Part shown: positions 18,235 to 27,784 of the stretch, piece by piece
Position numbering within the stretch: position 1 is the first letter of the stretch
Layout: every line of letters begins with the position of its first letter
Virus record (IMG/VR): IMGVR_UViG_3300028837_000933
Span: 1-64,000 of that record
Strand: one strand, 5' to 3'
DNA: 64,000 bases
DNA from: a virus
Notes under the pieces: generated by a model
Told to the model about the DNA's origin: nothing
Database searches by the model: none
What the model saw: the letters and a program-made list of their open reading frames with translations, nothing else
Program-made: the position numbers and the translations under genes

Positions 18235-18873
18235 ATGCAGGTTCAGCTTATCGGTTTCACGGAAGTACCGGAGTTCCTCAAGACATCCGAGCATCCAGGC
18301 GAGCGCCTCTGCGAGAGGGCTGGTCGGTTGTGCTACCGCAGCACACACGAGAAGGGTAAAACGGCCAGCTTCCTCCAGTCCCGCATACAAGAAGGCCACG
18401 AGTCCTTGATCGAACACTTCTCCATGACGTTCGAGATCACCGGTATCTCGCGTGCGTGCAGCCACCAGTTGGTGCGCCACCGCATCGCATCTTACTCCCA
18501 GGAGTCTCAACGATACGTTGACATGGCACGGCCCGAGTTCGTGCTACCCGCCACCATCGCATCGGACGATGAGAGCAGGGCCGTGTGGGACGACTTCATG
18601 CAGCACGTGACGGCTACCTACCGTCATCTACGCCGCCTTGGTATCCCTAAACAGGATGCCCGCTTTGTGCTTCCCAACGCAACGGCAACCAGCATCATCG
18701 TCACGATGAACGCCCGAAGCCTACGCCACTTCTTCGAGGTACGTCTGCACAAGGCGGCGCAATGGGAAATCCGGTGGGTGGCACTCGACATGCTGGCACT
18801 GGCCTACAAAGAGGCGCCGGCGCTCTTTGCAGACATCGCAAGGTTCCTGCCTCTGGATGAGGGGGAGGGCTAA
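18235..18873 (+). CDS. thyX: FAD-dependent thymidylate synthase
   Basis: GHESLIEH, ISRACSHQLVRHR...SQESQRY, ARFVLP, AQWEIR. Confidence 0.95.
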   Translation: MQVQLIGFTEVPEFLKTSEHPGERLCERAGRLCYRSTHEKGKTASFLQSRIQEGHESLIEHFSMTFEITGISRACSHQLVRHRIASYSQESQRYVDMARPEFVLPATIASDDESRAVWDDFMQHVTATYRHLRRLGIPKQDARFVLPNATATSIIVTMNARSLRHFFEVRLHKAAQWEIRWVALDMLALAYKEAPALFADIARFLPLDEGEG

Positions 18874-19097
18874 TGGCTTTTCTTGTTGGACGACTCCAGG
18901 AAGTAGTTCTCGCAGAAGATCCAACCTTCGACAACGTCACTGACGCCCACAACTACGCTCTCTCCCAGGCGCTGGATGACATCCCGCCGTACGGAATATG
19001 GGAGGAGGTCGGTGGTTCTGACTCAGAGGAATGGGAGCTTCAAGCAATCGCATTCCAGCAAGCCATCTACGTCTGGCACTACGGCGTTGACCAGTAA
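18873..19097 (+). CDS. hypothetical protein
   Basis: GGAGG RBS, TAATG overlap. Confidence 0.55.
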   Translation: MAFLVGRLQEVVLAEDPTFDNVTDAHNYALSQALDDIPPYGIWEEVGGSDSEEWELQAIAFQQAIYVWHYGVDQ

Positions 19098-19110
19098 ACG
19101 AGACGTTTCG

Positions 19111-19413
19111 ATGAAAGATGACACCAAGATACCAACCACAGGACATCATACTGACAAGGACACTGGGAAGATCCCGCTCTGCCCTCATTGCGGCGACACG
19201 CGAAACACGTACCGCACAGCCAGGGCCAGCGGCACTGTCGAACTCTACTACGATGAACAAGGAGAGGAAGACTACACCTATTCAGATGATGTATACTTTG
19301 AACCATGGTCGGAGGCCGTTCGCTGTTGCTCGTGTCAAAAGATACGCCGGGATGTTAGTCCGGCTGGCCGTGTTACCGTTCAGGTTGTCCAGGAGAAAAC
19401 CACGGATGGATGA
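19111..19413 (+). CDS. zinc-ribbon protein
   Basis: CPHC...CCSC. Confidence 0.55.
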   Translation: MKDDTKIPTTGHHTDKDTGKIPLCPHCGDTRNTYRTARASGTVELYYDEQGEEDYTYSDDVYFEPWSEAVRCCSCQKIRRDVSPAGRVTVQVVQEKTTDG

Positions 19414-19639
19414 GCCCCTGAAGCCTATCAAACCAGATGAGATCGTAGAGATCGAAAACGTCTGCGGCATAGAGGTCAACGCCTATTTGGGCGGTTTCTC
19501 GCAAAGTGTCCCGGTTGTGGAGGTCTTGGTGCGAAGCGGACGTGTCGCCCTGAACCTAGAGCAAACTGATACCCTGCGCCGCCTACTCTCTCGCGCCCAG
19601 GGCTACTGGGAGTCACAAGGCCATGTCCACAAGGGCTGA
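19406..19639 (+). CDS. hypothetical protein
   Basis: AGGAG RBS. Confidence 0.5.
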   Translation: MDEPLKPIKPDEIVEIENVCGIEVNAYLGGFSQSVPVVEVLVRSGRVALNLEQTDTLRRLLSRAQGYWESQGHVHKG

Positions 19640-19817
19640 ACAGCTTGAACAACTCAAGTCTCTTTCACAGCAAAGCTGCCAGTGTACTTATGAGCAGTTG
19701 GCTGGCCAACTTGTTGGCATCTGCCGTACTTGCGAGGCGATAGATACTCTCGAGAGGATAGAGCGTCTGGTGGATGCACAACTACGGCGCTTCTTTCGAG
19801 AAGGAGAATACGCATGA
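19623..19817 (+). CDS. small Cys-rich protein
   Basis: CQC...CRTC. Confidence 0.5.
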   Translation: MSTRAEQLEQLKSLSQQSCQCTYEQLAGQLVGICRTCEAIDTLERIERLVDAQLRRFFREGEYA

Positions 19818-20149
19818 AGGCATGGTGGGTGACGGTTACTGGCGATCAGTGGGACTACTCGGACATCGTACACGCCGAGACCCCAGGACAGGCCAAGATC
19901 AAGTCTTGGATGTACACCGAGGAAGGCATAGACTTCATTGAGCTTCGCGTGCGCCGCGAGCCCAAGCTCGATGACATGGAACTCACCCAAGAAAACATCC
20001 ACAACGCAGGCTATGCCGTGTACTGCACCGAGTGCGATGACTGGAGTCTTGGAGGCGGCGAGATGGTGTTCAAACACGGGAAGCCCTACCACGAACAATG
20101 CCTTGCCCGTCTGGAGGCCAAGGCCAAGGAGACCAAGTCACATGGTTAG
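19814..20149 (+). CDS. hypothetical phage protein
   Basis: AAGGAG RBS; IVHAETPGQAK...FIELRVRR.P.LD motif. Confidence 0.65.
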   Translation: MKAWWVTVTGDQWDYSDIVHAETPGQAKIKSWMYTEEGIDFIELRVRREPKLDDMELTQENIHNAGYAVYCTECDDWSLGGGEMVFKHGKPYHEQCLARLEAKAKETKSHG

Positions 20150-20438
20150 CGGACTATATGGCGCAACCTTCACCGATGAAGAGTATGATGCAGAAGCCCG
20201 TAAGAACAAAGAGCGCCTCATCCCCAAGCTCACCAGGGAGTTCCTGTCCACGCTGTCCCAGGCTGGACGCACCATCGGTTGGTCGGTCGATTACGTGGAG
20301 GTTCACAGTTTCATTCGGGAATGCTTCGCCTTGGCCGAGGTAGAACCACCAGAAGACATCAAGAAAACCTACATGGTGCTGTGGGAAGAGCAACTCGCAG
20401 CCAAACAGGCCGCCGAGCGAGAGACAGAGAAAGGATAG
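20142..20438 (+). CDS. hypothetical protein
   Basis: AAGGAG RBS. Confidence 0.55.
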   Translation: MVSGLYGATFTDEEYDAEARKNKERLIPKLTREFLSTLSQAGRTIGWSVDYVEVHSFIRECFALAEVEPPEDIKKTYMVLWEEQLAAKQAAERETEKG

Positions 20439-20443
20439 AGACC

Positions 20444-20632
20444 ATGGCAGTACGTCTAGCACATTTCACGAACGATAGTGGAGATGAGTACATCGCCCTC
20501 TTCACCGATGGCCAAGAAGAGCCCGAGGACTTCCTGGAAGACGGCTACGAGTTCAAAGGACTGTTTGAGCTTGAGGTGATTGACGGCTCCGACCACCAGC
20601 TACCAACAGGCAGTCTGCTCAAGGAGTGGTAG
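20444..20632 (+). CDS. small acidic hypothetical protein
   Basis: AAGGA RBS. Confidence 0.5.
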   Translation: MAVRLAHFTNDSGDEYIALFTDGQEEPEDFLEDGYEFKGLFELEVIDGSDHQLPTGSLLKEW

Positions 20633-20634
20633 AG

Positions 20635-21024
20635 ATGTCCACTCCAACGCTAGAGCGTTGCCCATTCTGCGGCAGCCACCAAGTAACGATCCGCAGCTTC
20701 CCGATTAGGCTGGAAGACGGTCCTGTGCTCTCTACCTTCAGAATCATCTGTAACACCTGTGGCTCCGAAGGGCCGCCGATCACGACATCGCCCACGAAGC
20801 GCCTATTCTCAGCCCCACATGAGGCAACCATGCGGTGGAACAAGAGAGACCTTGGCATACCCACCGACCAGCAGATGGCCTGGTTGAGACAGTTCATAAG
20901 CAACGTCAACGCCATTGCCGAAGAGAAAATGATAAAGACCGGGAAGCTGGAAGGCTCTCACTACGCCGCCATGGTCACGGAGGCAGACAGGCTTGGGCTT
21001 CTGCGTAAAGGACAATGGCCCTAG
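20635..21024 (+). CDS. Lar-family (restriction alleviation-like) zinc protein
   Basis: L..CPFCGS...I.C..CG..GP...A...WNKR. Confidence 0.75.
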   Translation: MSTPTLERCPFCGSHQVTIRSFPIRLEDGPVLSTFRIICNTCGSEGPPITTSPTKRLFSAPHEATMRWNKRDLGIPTDQQMAWLRQFISNVNAIAEEKMIKTGKLEGSHYAAMVTEADRLGLLRKGQWP

Positions 21025-21461
21025 AACTCCAACCTATCACCTTGCGGGAGTGCAATCGCTTCATCACTCTACACCACAGCCACCACCTACCACCGCAGGG
21101 AGCCAAGTTCGCAATCGGAGTCAACGATGGCGAAGCAGTAGTCGGCGTGGTCGTAGTCGGACGACCCGTGTCAAGGATGCTCGATGATGGATGGACAGCG
21201 GAGGTCACTCGATGCTGCACGGATGGCACCAAGCACGCCGCCAGCAAGCTCTACGGCGCCGCCTGGCGTGCAGCCCGCTCCATGGGCTACAAGCGCCTCA
21301 TCACCTACACACTGGCCACAGAGAAGGGCACGTCCCTCACCGCAGCCGGCTGGAGGTGCATAGGGGAAGCAGGAGGCGGTTCTTGGTCGCGTCGATCGCG
21401 GCCACGGGTAGACACACATCCGCTCCAGATGAAGATGCAATGGGAGCGGCGGCTAGAATAG
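21015..21461 (+). CDS. XF1762-family protein (GNAT-like)
   Basis: PITL.E.N.FI..HH.H...GV.VVGRPVSR.LDDG.TAEVTR...S.LYGAAWRAAR.MGY.RLITYTL..E.G.SL.AAGW. Confidence 0.85.
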   Translation: MALELQPITLRECNRFITLHHSHHLPPQGAKFAIGVNDGEAVVGVVVVGRPVSRMLDDGWTAEVTRCCTDGTKHAASKLYGAAWRAARSMGYKRLITYTLATEKGTSLTAAGWRCIGEAGGGSWSRRSRPRVDTHPLQMKMQWERRLE

Positions 21462-21469
21462 AGGGAGCC

Positions 21470-21787
21470 ATGAGAGTAAGACCGAACCAAGGGAAGCAGT
21501 TTGCGGGCGTACAGGCAGACACGATGGACGCCCCCGTGTTCAGCGAGGCATTCCTGTACGGTGTAGCGTTCAATGAATGCTATCTCACCAAAGGGGATGC
21601 CCGCTTCATCGATACCATCGGTGAGGAATACGAGACACTCATCCGCTTGCTAGGCGAAGAGACCGTCAACCAACTCCTGGGCTTAGAACCTCCCTGCACG
21701 ATTACCTTTCATGTCGCGTATCCTAGCCAGGACATCAAAACCGAAGCACGGCTGGTAACCCCCCGAAAGGAGGCGAGAGATGGCTAG
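21470..21787 (+). CDS. hypothetical protein
   Basis: GGGAG RBS. Confidence 0.55.
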   Translation: MRVRPNQGKQFAGVQADTMDAPVFSEAFLYGVAFNECYLTKGDARFIDTIGEEYETLIRLLGEETVNQLLGLEPPCTITFHVAYPSQDIKTEARLVTPRKEARDG

Positions 21788-22439
21788 GCCACCGCGCAAC
21801 CTCACATACGAAGGCCGCACCCAAAGCCTAACTGACTGGGCAAACGAGATTGGCCTCAATGTGAGCACGCTCCGCGCCCGCATCGACCACTACGACTGGC
21901 CACTAGACAAGGCACTCACAACCAAGGCTCGCAAACTTGGGCCGCGGCTACTCACATGGGATGGCGTGACCAAGCCCCTGATCGAATGGGCCAAAGAGAC
22001 AGGGCTCTCCGTTTCGACTATCCACAACCGAATCTTCCTTTACAACTGGACGGTCGAGGATGCCCTAACGACTCCAGTAGGGCGGCCAACTCGAGCCGAC
22101 CGACTCATCACCCACAACGGTAAGACGCAAACGATCAGAGACTGGTCTAAGCAGACGGGTATCCCTTCCACCCGCATACTCGCCAGACTTGAAGTACTGT
22201 CCTGGACCCCTGAGAGGGCACTAACCGTCACAGGGGACGGCCGCGTGCAACGCCTTATCACCGCCCAAGGCCGGACGCAAACCCTAGCCCAGTGGGCACG
22301 GGAAACTGGCCTGCACATCACCACCATCAAGAACCGCATCGACATTCTCGGCTGGACGGAAGAGGACGCAGTCACCAAACCGCTCCAACGTCACCGCCAT
22401 TCCCAAGGGAACGGCAAAGGGGACAAGGCCCATGAATAA
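21780..22439 (+). CDS. protein of four tandem HNH-endonuclease-type DNA-binding repeats
   Basis: 4x approximate consensus T..G.TQ.L..WA.E.G...T...RI...W..E.ALT. Confidence 0.75.
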   Translation: MARPPRNLTYEGRTQSLTDWANEIGLNVSTLRARIDHYDWPLDKALTTKARKLGPRLLTWDGVTKPLIEWAKETGLSVSTIHNRIFLYNWTVEDALTTPVGRPTRADRLITHNGKTQTIRDWSKQTGIPSTRILARLEVLSWTPERALTVTGDGRVQRLITAQGRTQTLAQWARETGLHITTIKNRIDILGWTEEDAVTKPLQRHRHSQGNGKGDKAHE

Positions 22440-23037
22440 GAAAGACCGCGAACGCCTAGCCCGCTTCCGCCATTTGAACAGCCGTATTCCGTTCCCCCTA
22501 ATGGAAGGCTGGAGCCCCTCTATCTCGGGCCTTGTCGCATTCGAGCAAGACATGAGGGCCATGCGTCCCTATCTGGACAAGGTTCTGGAGTCGATGCTGT
22601 TAGAGGGACCGGACGTTCTCGAAGAGGGAAGGGACTACGAGCCAATTGACTTGCTTCTCGATGCGCTAGAGGAATGGGTGAAACAGCGGGCACGCGATCT
22701 CTGGAAAGACGCTTCTGCCCTTGGTTTCCAGCGGTTCTACGATGACTTCAAGCGCAAAGCGCAAGAGGCAAGGCAACAAGCCGAAGAGAAGGCCAAACAG
22801 TACACACCAGCCACCGTCAAGGAAGGATGGGAGATGCCAGCCCCCCCGGAAAAGGTATGCTCCCGCTGCAACGGCAAACCCGTTGCCCAGGCTTACCTAG
22901 ACGTAGATGTGTGGTACTTCTTCTGGGATTGCGAAGGAGATTGCCAGCTTCACGAAGAGCCAATCGACACATGGCCCTTTGTGGAAGACAAGGCATGGCC
23001 ACAGGACTTGAAGAAACTAGGCTTCCAGATCGTCTAA
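22432..23037 (+). CDS. hypothetical protein
   Basis: ORF coupled to upstream gene; C-terminal Cys cluster. Confidence 0.6.
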   Translation: MNKKDRERLARFRHLNSRIPFPLMEGWSPSISGLVAFEQDMRAMRPYLDKVLESMLLEGPDVLEEGRDYEPIDLLLDALEEWVKQRARDLWKDASALGFQRFYDDFKRKAQEARQQAEEKAKQYTPATVKEGWEMPAPPEKVCSRCNGKPVAQAYLDVDVWYFFWDCEGDCQLHEEPIDTWPFVEDKAWPQDLKKLGFQIV

Positions 23038-23049
23038 AAAGGGGGGGAC

Positions 23050-23262
23050 ATGAAGTGCGATGAATGCGATCAAATGGATGCGGTACTCGCGTACGTGCAA
23101 CACAGCAAGGCTAGGTCAATGGAGCGGCCGGAGACCAAGATCCATCGGCTGTGTGTGACCCACTACGTGGCACTGGAGAACGATGCGCGGCGCAACCCGC
23201 GCATCAATGTTCACCATGTCGAGGTTCTTGGAAGGGAGGAACCTACAGATGCAGAAGATTGA
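23050..23262 (+). CDS. small Cys/His protein
   Basis: MKCDEC...LC..H. Confidence 0.5.
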   Translation: MKCDECDQMDAVLAYVQHSKARSMERPETKIHRLCVTHYVALENDARRNPRINVHHVEVLGREEPTDAED

Positions 23263-23413
23263 GGACTGGTGGGATAGTCAATACGAGCAGACGCGGCGTG
23301 ACATCCGCTCGTTCGTGCAGTTCATCGTCCTGCCTCTGGCTGTAGCCATCGTTATCATCTGCGTCTCGTTTGTGTGTATGTCGCTGGCATTCGGCAGCCC
23401 TGGCGGCCCGTGA
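23249..23413 (+). CDS. small single-pass membrane protein
   Basis: GGAGG RBS; FIVLPLAVAIVIICVSFV. Confidence 0.5.
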   Translation: MQKIEDWWDSQYEQTRRDIRSFVQFIVLPLAVAIVIICVSFVCMSLAFGSPGGP

Positions 23414-23426
23414 GGGAGGAGACAGT

Positions 23427-24032
23427 ATGCAGGACTGGGAAACCTGGGTGCGCTCAGAAGTAAAGGCGATCGAGGAGCTTCTCGACTCCTTACACATACC
23501 CGCCCACGATGAGCGCGGCACCATCCCGCTCTCCGAGCGGGTACGCCGTGCGCTGTATAGAAATGCCGATAGAAATGAACAACTATCGGCACAATTAGAC
23601 GGCCTCATAGCCCGCAAGACCGATCTCGCAATGCAGGTACAGCTTCTGCGGTGGGCTATTGACGGATTCCTCAAAGAGTGGTTTGACGAACTCTACCCCG
23701 AAACAGTGTTTGACGGAAGCTCGGGAGATCCAGGCCCCATCAAGATAAAGGAACTACGAGCCCGCGCCGGGGTGGCCCTAAAGTTCTCGGAAGCCAAGCC
23801 CGGCGAGTCCGAATCAGTGGCCCGCATGATGCGGCTGATGGGCCTACACGAAGTTCGATACATCCCCATAGACTACATCCGGACGGTCCTGAACCGAGAG
23901 GCGAGTGAGTGTAACAACTGCGCCGCGGGTGGTTGCGATGTCTACGATTGCGAGTGCCAGTGCCACGACACCTACGACAAGGCAAAGACCACCGTGGCTA
24001 CGTGGATAGCGGAGTTGTGTGATGAAAAATGA
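23427..24032 (+). CDS. hypothetical coiled-coil/Cys-rich protein
   Basis: GGAGG RBS. Confidence 0.6.
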   Translation: MQDWETWVRSEVKAIEELLDSLHIPAHDERGTIPLSERVRRALYRNADRNEQLSAQLDGLIARKTDLAMQVQLLRWAIDGFLKEWFDELYPETVFDGSSGDPGPIKIKELRARAGVALKFSEAKPGESESVARMMRLMGLHEVRYIPIDYIRTVLNREASECNNCAAGGCDVYDCECQCHDTYDKAKTTVATWIAELCDEK

Positions 24033-24981
24033 CCTAGGCTTTGGAAAGTGGTTGGAGGACATCGGCAGTAAGCTCTCCTTGCTCAAAAAGGTGGATTACA
24101 CAGCCTACCAGAGCATCAAGGAGACCGCGAGGATGGCATGGCACGACTCTGCCAGAGCCACAGAGTCAAGGCTAAGGGAGCCCCAGCTGTGCGGACATCC
24201 CGCCGCCGCGATAAAGTCAACCGATGAGGGCACCAGCCACTGTGCATGGTGCGAAGAAGTCGGTCGGCTCGAGGACTGGGTCGCGGACTTGCAGGCCGGC
24301 ATGTACGTCAACTGCATCTACTGTGGCCACCGCTACGGACCGGAAGATGACGTGCCGGCCACCATGGCGGATGTTCTCAAAGAACACATCGAGCATTGTC
24401 CAGAACACCCTGCCTCAAAGCTCCGGGTACAGCGCACACGGCTCCAGAAGGTATTGTATGCCTGGATTGAGTTCAAGCGCCGATGGTGGACAAACATCCC
24501 CCTTCCTGGTGGCCAGAGTCAGGGCGAGGCCCAGCGTCAATTGATGGAAGAGACGGTAGCCGTCCTGTCCGAAATCTATGAACCACCACCCTTTCGGCCT
24601 GAGTATTGCCAGGATTGCTACCTATTGGCCTGCGACTTCTACGATGGGGATTGCACAAGACAGACACTGGAGCGACAGATGAGAGACATAGACTGGCTGC
24701 GCCGCCGTGCCGCTGCATGGAAAACTAAGGCGAAGGAGTACCGTAGGCTATTCGTCAAGTTCTTCGATGAAAGCGGCGCTACCTTCAACAGATGGCTGGA
24801 TTCCGCCGCACGTAATGAAGAACTTATAGAACTCCTGGATGATCTGCATGTTGCAGGCGAGGCGTTTCTCGAAGAGCCTACGTCACAGGCAAATCTCGAC
24901 AACTTCACCGATGCAATGGCCAAGGCCCAACCCGCCCTCGAAGCCGCACTCGAGGCCACAAAGAAAGGCAAAAGTGATTAG
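24022..24981 (+). CDS. mosaic hypothetical phage protein
   Basis: DLQAGMYVNC.YCGHRYGP...LKEHIE.C.EHP module. Confidence 0.65.
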   Translation: MKNDLGFGKWLEDIGSKLSLLKKVDYTAYQSIKETARMAWHDSARATESRLREPQLCGHPAAAIKSTDEGTSHCAWCEEVGRLEDWVADLQAGMYVNCIYCGHRYGPEDDVPATMADVLKEHIEHCPEHPASKLRVQRTRLQKVLYAWIEFKRRWWTNIPLPGGQSQGEAQRQLMEETVAVLSEIYEPPPFRPEYCQDCYLLACDFYDGDCTRQTLERQMRDIDWLRRRAAAWKTKAKEYRRLFVKFFDESGATFNRWLDSAARNEELIELLDDLHVAGEAFLEEPTSQANLDNFTDAMAKAQPALEAALEATKKGKSD

Positions 24982-25357
24982 AAAACACCAACACGCCGTG
25001 CCGTCTGACTACAGCAACTGCTCGATCTGCGGTAACTACGCGGACTTGGTTCGTCACGTGTGCCCACCTGTCTGGCACGTCCGGTTCGATGACTACGACC
25101 CAGATGAATCGGAAGAGGTTCGCGCCCCTCTAGCCCACTCGGCAGCTGAAAAGTACATGGAAGATCACTCAGGAGATGGCGAGCAGATTGGCGACTACGA
25201 TGTGTGGGTGCGGGCCGATTCACCAGAAGCCGAATGGAAGAAGTATGAAGTCCAGTGCGAACTGGTTCCCACGTACCGTGCCATCCGACTTCTGAAAGAC
25301 GGAGAGCACATCACCGAGCCCTTTGAGGAGGCAACGGATGATCAAGAAGCTCTATGA
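24974..25357 (+). CDS. hypothetical protein
   Basis: AAAGG upstream of GTG; Cys/His N-terminus. Confidence 0.55.
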   Translation: MIRKHQHAVPSDYSNCSICGNYADLVRHVCPPVWHVRFDDYDPDESEEVRAPLAHSAAEKYMEDHSGDGEQIGDYDVWVRADSPEAEWKKYEVQCELVPTYRAIRLLKDGEHITEPFEEATDDQEAL

Positions 25358-25796
25358 CGCTGGCACCCGCAAGGCTGATGATGTGAACTACTGGCGAACG
25401 TCTACCACGGCCCCGGCCACCTGGCTCGACAGGGCCAAGAAGCTGATTTCCGACTCCGGTGGTGACGTAGAGAGGGAGGGATTCATCAGCGAAAAGCGTG
25501 GCGCCGCCTACATTCTGGCATTCTCCTTTGGCAACGACTACTACAATGTGATCTGGCCAGTGCTGGCACCCAGGGACACGAAGCACATGAGCGCCGCCCG
25601 AATCCAAGCCGCCACCGCCCTCTACCATGAAGTCAAGGCGTGCTGCGTGAAGCTCAAGTTCGTAGGTGCCAGGGCGGCCTTCTTCGCTTACTTGATGATC
25701 AACGGTCGGCCGGCTGCGGAACTGGCTGCGCCAGAACTAGTGAGCGCGGTTCCGGCCTTGCTGTGCTTAGCATCCGATGAAGGAGAGATGACATGA
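25338..25796 (+). CDS. hypothetical protein
   Basis: GGAGG RBS. Confidence 0.65.
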   Translation: MIKKLYDAGTRKADDVNYWRTSTTAPATWLDRAKKLISDSGGDVEREGFISEKRGAAYILAFSFGNDYYNVIWPVLAPRDTKHMSAARIQAATALYHEVKACCVKLKFVGARAAFFAYLMINGRPAAELAAPELVSAVPALLCLASDEGEMT

Positions 25797-26128
25797 TCCG
25801 CAAACGTGTCACACCCGCCCAAGTCGCCGCGTATCTCAACCAGCTGATCATCGCAGATCCCGCAGCTATGAAAGCCCTGGCTCTGCACCGCGTACCCTGC
25901 AACAAAGAATTGGCCGACCACCCCGATGTCCAAGTCCACTCGGACGGAGCGGCCTATTCTGTCGGACTGATCGGCATTCTAAACGGCATGTTCGGAACGT
26001 TTGAGGATGGATGGGGGACTCTCGCCTTCACGTTCCTAGCCCCTCCCCCAGAAGGACAGCTTCTGATGGTCGAACTGCTTCGCGCCGCAGATCACCACAA
26101 GGACAAAGAGGAAAGGAGAGACGGATGA
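25793..26128 (+). CDS. hypothetical phage protein
   Basis: LN....DP.A..AL...RVPCN..LADHP..QV...VGL.G.LNG.FG. Confidence 0.65.
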   Translation: MIRKRVTPAQVAAYLNQLIIADPAAMKALALHRVPCNKELADHPDVQVHSDGAAYSVGLIGILNGMFGTFEDGWGTLAFTFLAPPPEGQLLMVELLRAADHHKDKEERRDG

Positions 26129-26937
26129 TAAAGGCAGACGAGAAAGAAGCAAGCGGCCTCTATAACAAGTATGTTATAGCCAAGGAGAGCGGCGAGCCAC
26201 TCGACCCCGATGCAGAATACTTCGTACTCCGGATTGATTCAGATCCAGCGGCCCGCATGGCCCTACGGTACTTCTGTCTGTACTGTGCCGCAGAACTGGC
26301 GGCCGAGTTGCAGCATCTGCTTGAACGGCTCGACCGAGAACTACCGCTGCCGCCGCCACCGCGCCGTTTCCCGCGAGAACCCGTGGACGATCTCACCATC
26401 GCAGGTGCATGGCCACACGGCATAGTCGAGACGGTTAGCTTGCCACCCGCCCTTGGCGTGTCATCGGGCATTCAAGAAGAAGGCGGCCTTGCCCACGTTG
26501 GCTGGAAGGAACTCAAGGTGGAAGAACAAGAGACCCCGGTTCCCGTATGCCCAACGTGCCTACAGCTGACTCTAGGTGAATATCAAACCCTGCTGATTCA
26601 GTTGCTGTGGTACTACATCGGCCAAGACGATGACGGTGAACTACTCAGCCCGAACCGACGCTCTCTCCAAGAGTGGGCCTGCAAGCTCCTTGTGCGGGAT
26701 GGCTATCTCACGCCCGATGAACACAGACCTCACGGCTTCCGACTACTGTGGACCAAAGAGGAACATCAGCAGGCACTCGAGCAGCATCTCGGTGAAAGCG
26801 AAAGCTGGACCAAGGTCATGGAGAGGCTTGGCGAACTGTACGAAGAGTGGGCCACCGCCACCAGGGAGACCGTCCGCGGCACATTGATGGACCTCGTCTG
26901 GCGCTTGATGAAAGCCTACGATGACTGGCTGGATTAG
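26125..26937 (+). CDS. hypothetical phage protein
   Basis: GLY.KY.I.K..G.P.DP.A.YFVLR.D.DPAAR.AL module; AAGGAG RBS. Confidence 0.65.
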   Translation: MIKADEKEASGLYNKYVIAKESGEPLDPDAEYFVLRIDSDPAARMALRYFCLYCAAELAAELQHLLERLDRELPLPPPPRRFPREPVDDLTIAGAWPHGIVETVSLPPALGVSSGIQEEGGLAHVGWKELKVEEQETPVPVCPTCLQLTLGEYQTLLIQLLWYYIGQDDDGELLSPNRRSLQEWACKLLVRDGYLTPDEHRPHGFRLLWTKEEHQQALEQHLGESESWTKVMERLGELYEEWATATRETVRGTLMDLVWRLMKAYDDWLD

Positions 26938-26945
26938 GGGGTGGC

Positions 26946-27203
26946 ATGAGCAAGAGACGCAAGATTGGAGACAGGGTCTGGCTTAGTCCCGGCGTTGGCT
27001 TTGGCCAAAGCGAGGGCGAGTACGCCACGATCATAGACTGGCCATCAAACCAGCCCGACCAACTGGACCCGTGCATGATAGACTGTGGAGATCCTGATTG
27101 CACGGAGTGGAACGATCTCGCCAATGACGGCAAGAGCTTCTACCATGTCAGTGAATGCGAGATGTTTGACGCACCACCCGATCCAGCAGAGAGTATAATC
27201 TAG
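26946..27203 (+). CDS. hypothetical protein
   Basis: KIGDRV...C..DCGDPDC.EW...YHVSEC.M. Confidence 0.6.
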   Translation: MSKRRKIGDRVWLSPGVGFGQSEGEYATIIDWPSNQPDQLDPCMIDCGDPDCTEWNDLANDGKSFYHVSECEMFDAPPDPAESII

Positions 27204-27211
27204 GAGGTTCC

Positions 27212-27505
27212 ATGCCATTCCCGAGTGATGACGAAGCTACGATACAAGCCTTCCGCGAGCCCGCGGTGGGTGACCGATTTAGTGAGATTATGAACTTCTT
27301 CGTCTACGTTGTTCATCGTGAGGGTGACGAGCAGATCATTACCATGGAAGGCACCGGCCCCTGCACCTTCCCTGATGACGGCGAGGTCCGAGTGCAGACG
27401 CTGGCAGAGTTCCAGCAACGCTTCCGGTATTCATCATCACCCGATGAAGAAAAGTACTGGGTTCGTCTGATCGGCCGCGGCCACAACGTTGACGGATGGG
27501 TCTGA
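27212..27505 (+). CDS. hypothetical protein
   Basis: AGGAGG RBS. Confidence 0.6.
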   Translation: MPFPSDDEATIQAFREPAVGDRFSEIMNFFVYVVHREGDEQIITMEGTGPCTFPDDGEVRVQTLAEFQQRFRYSSSPDEEKYWVRLIGRGHNVDGWV

Positions 27506-27509
27506 GCCC

Positions 27510-27731
27510 CGATATGTCCACGTTTCCCGGTTTTATCGACATATCCGGGCGATATGTCGATGGCATCGACATATTTTCATCCCGTTACTATCGGAACCTC
27601 ATAAAACCCCATGAACCCATGTGAACTATGCGAAACACGTCAAAAACACGCTCTCCTAAAAGCCCGTACAGCTTTTTTCCGCTGGTTTTCACCCTATTTC
27701 CGCCCTTGCTGGCTCTCGTACAGGCGCTTTC
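27510..27731. repeat. non-coding element: four alternating GATATGTC boxes followed by phased A-tracts then T-tracts
   Basis: Boxes at about 27510, 27535, 27550, 27565; AAC every about 10 bp from 27595 to 27647; T-tracts from 27673 to 27730. Confidence 0.7.
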
Positions 27732-27784
27732 TAGTGGTCTGTGTATGAAAACGGACGGATACCGTCCCTTTGGAGGCACGCAAC

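Noticed and set aside
27166-27199. TTGACG...TATAAT promoter
   Set aside because: Spacer is 22 bp, too long
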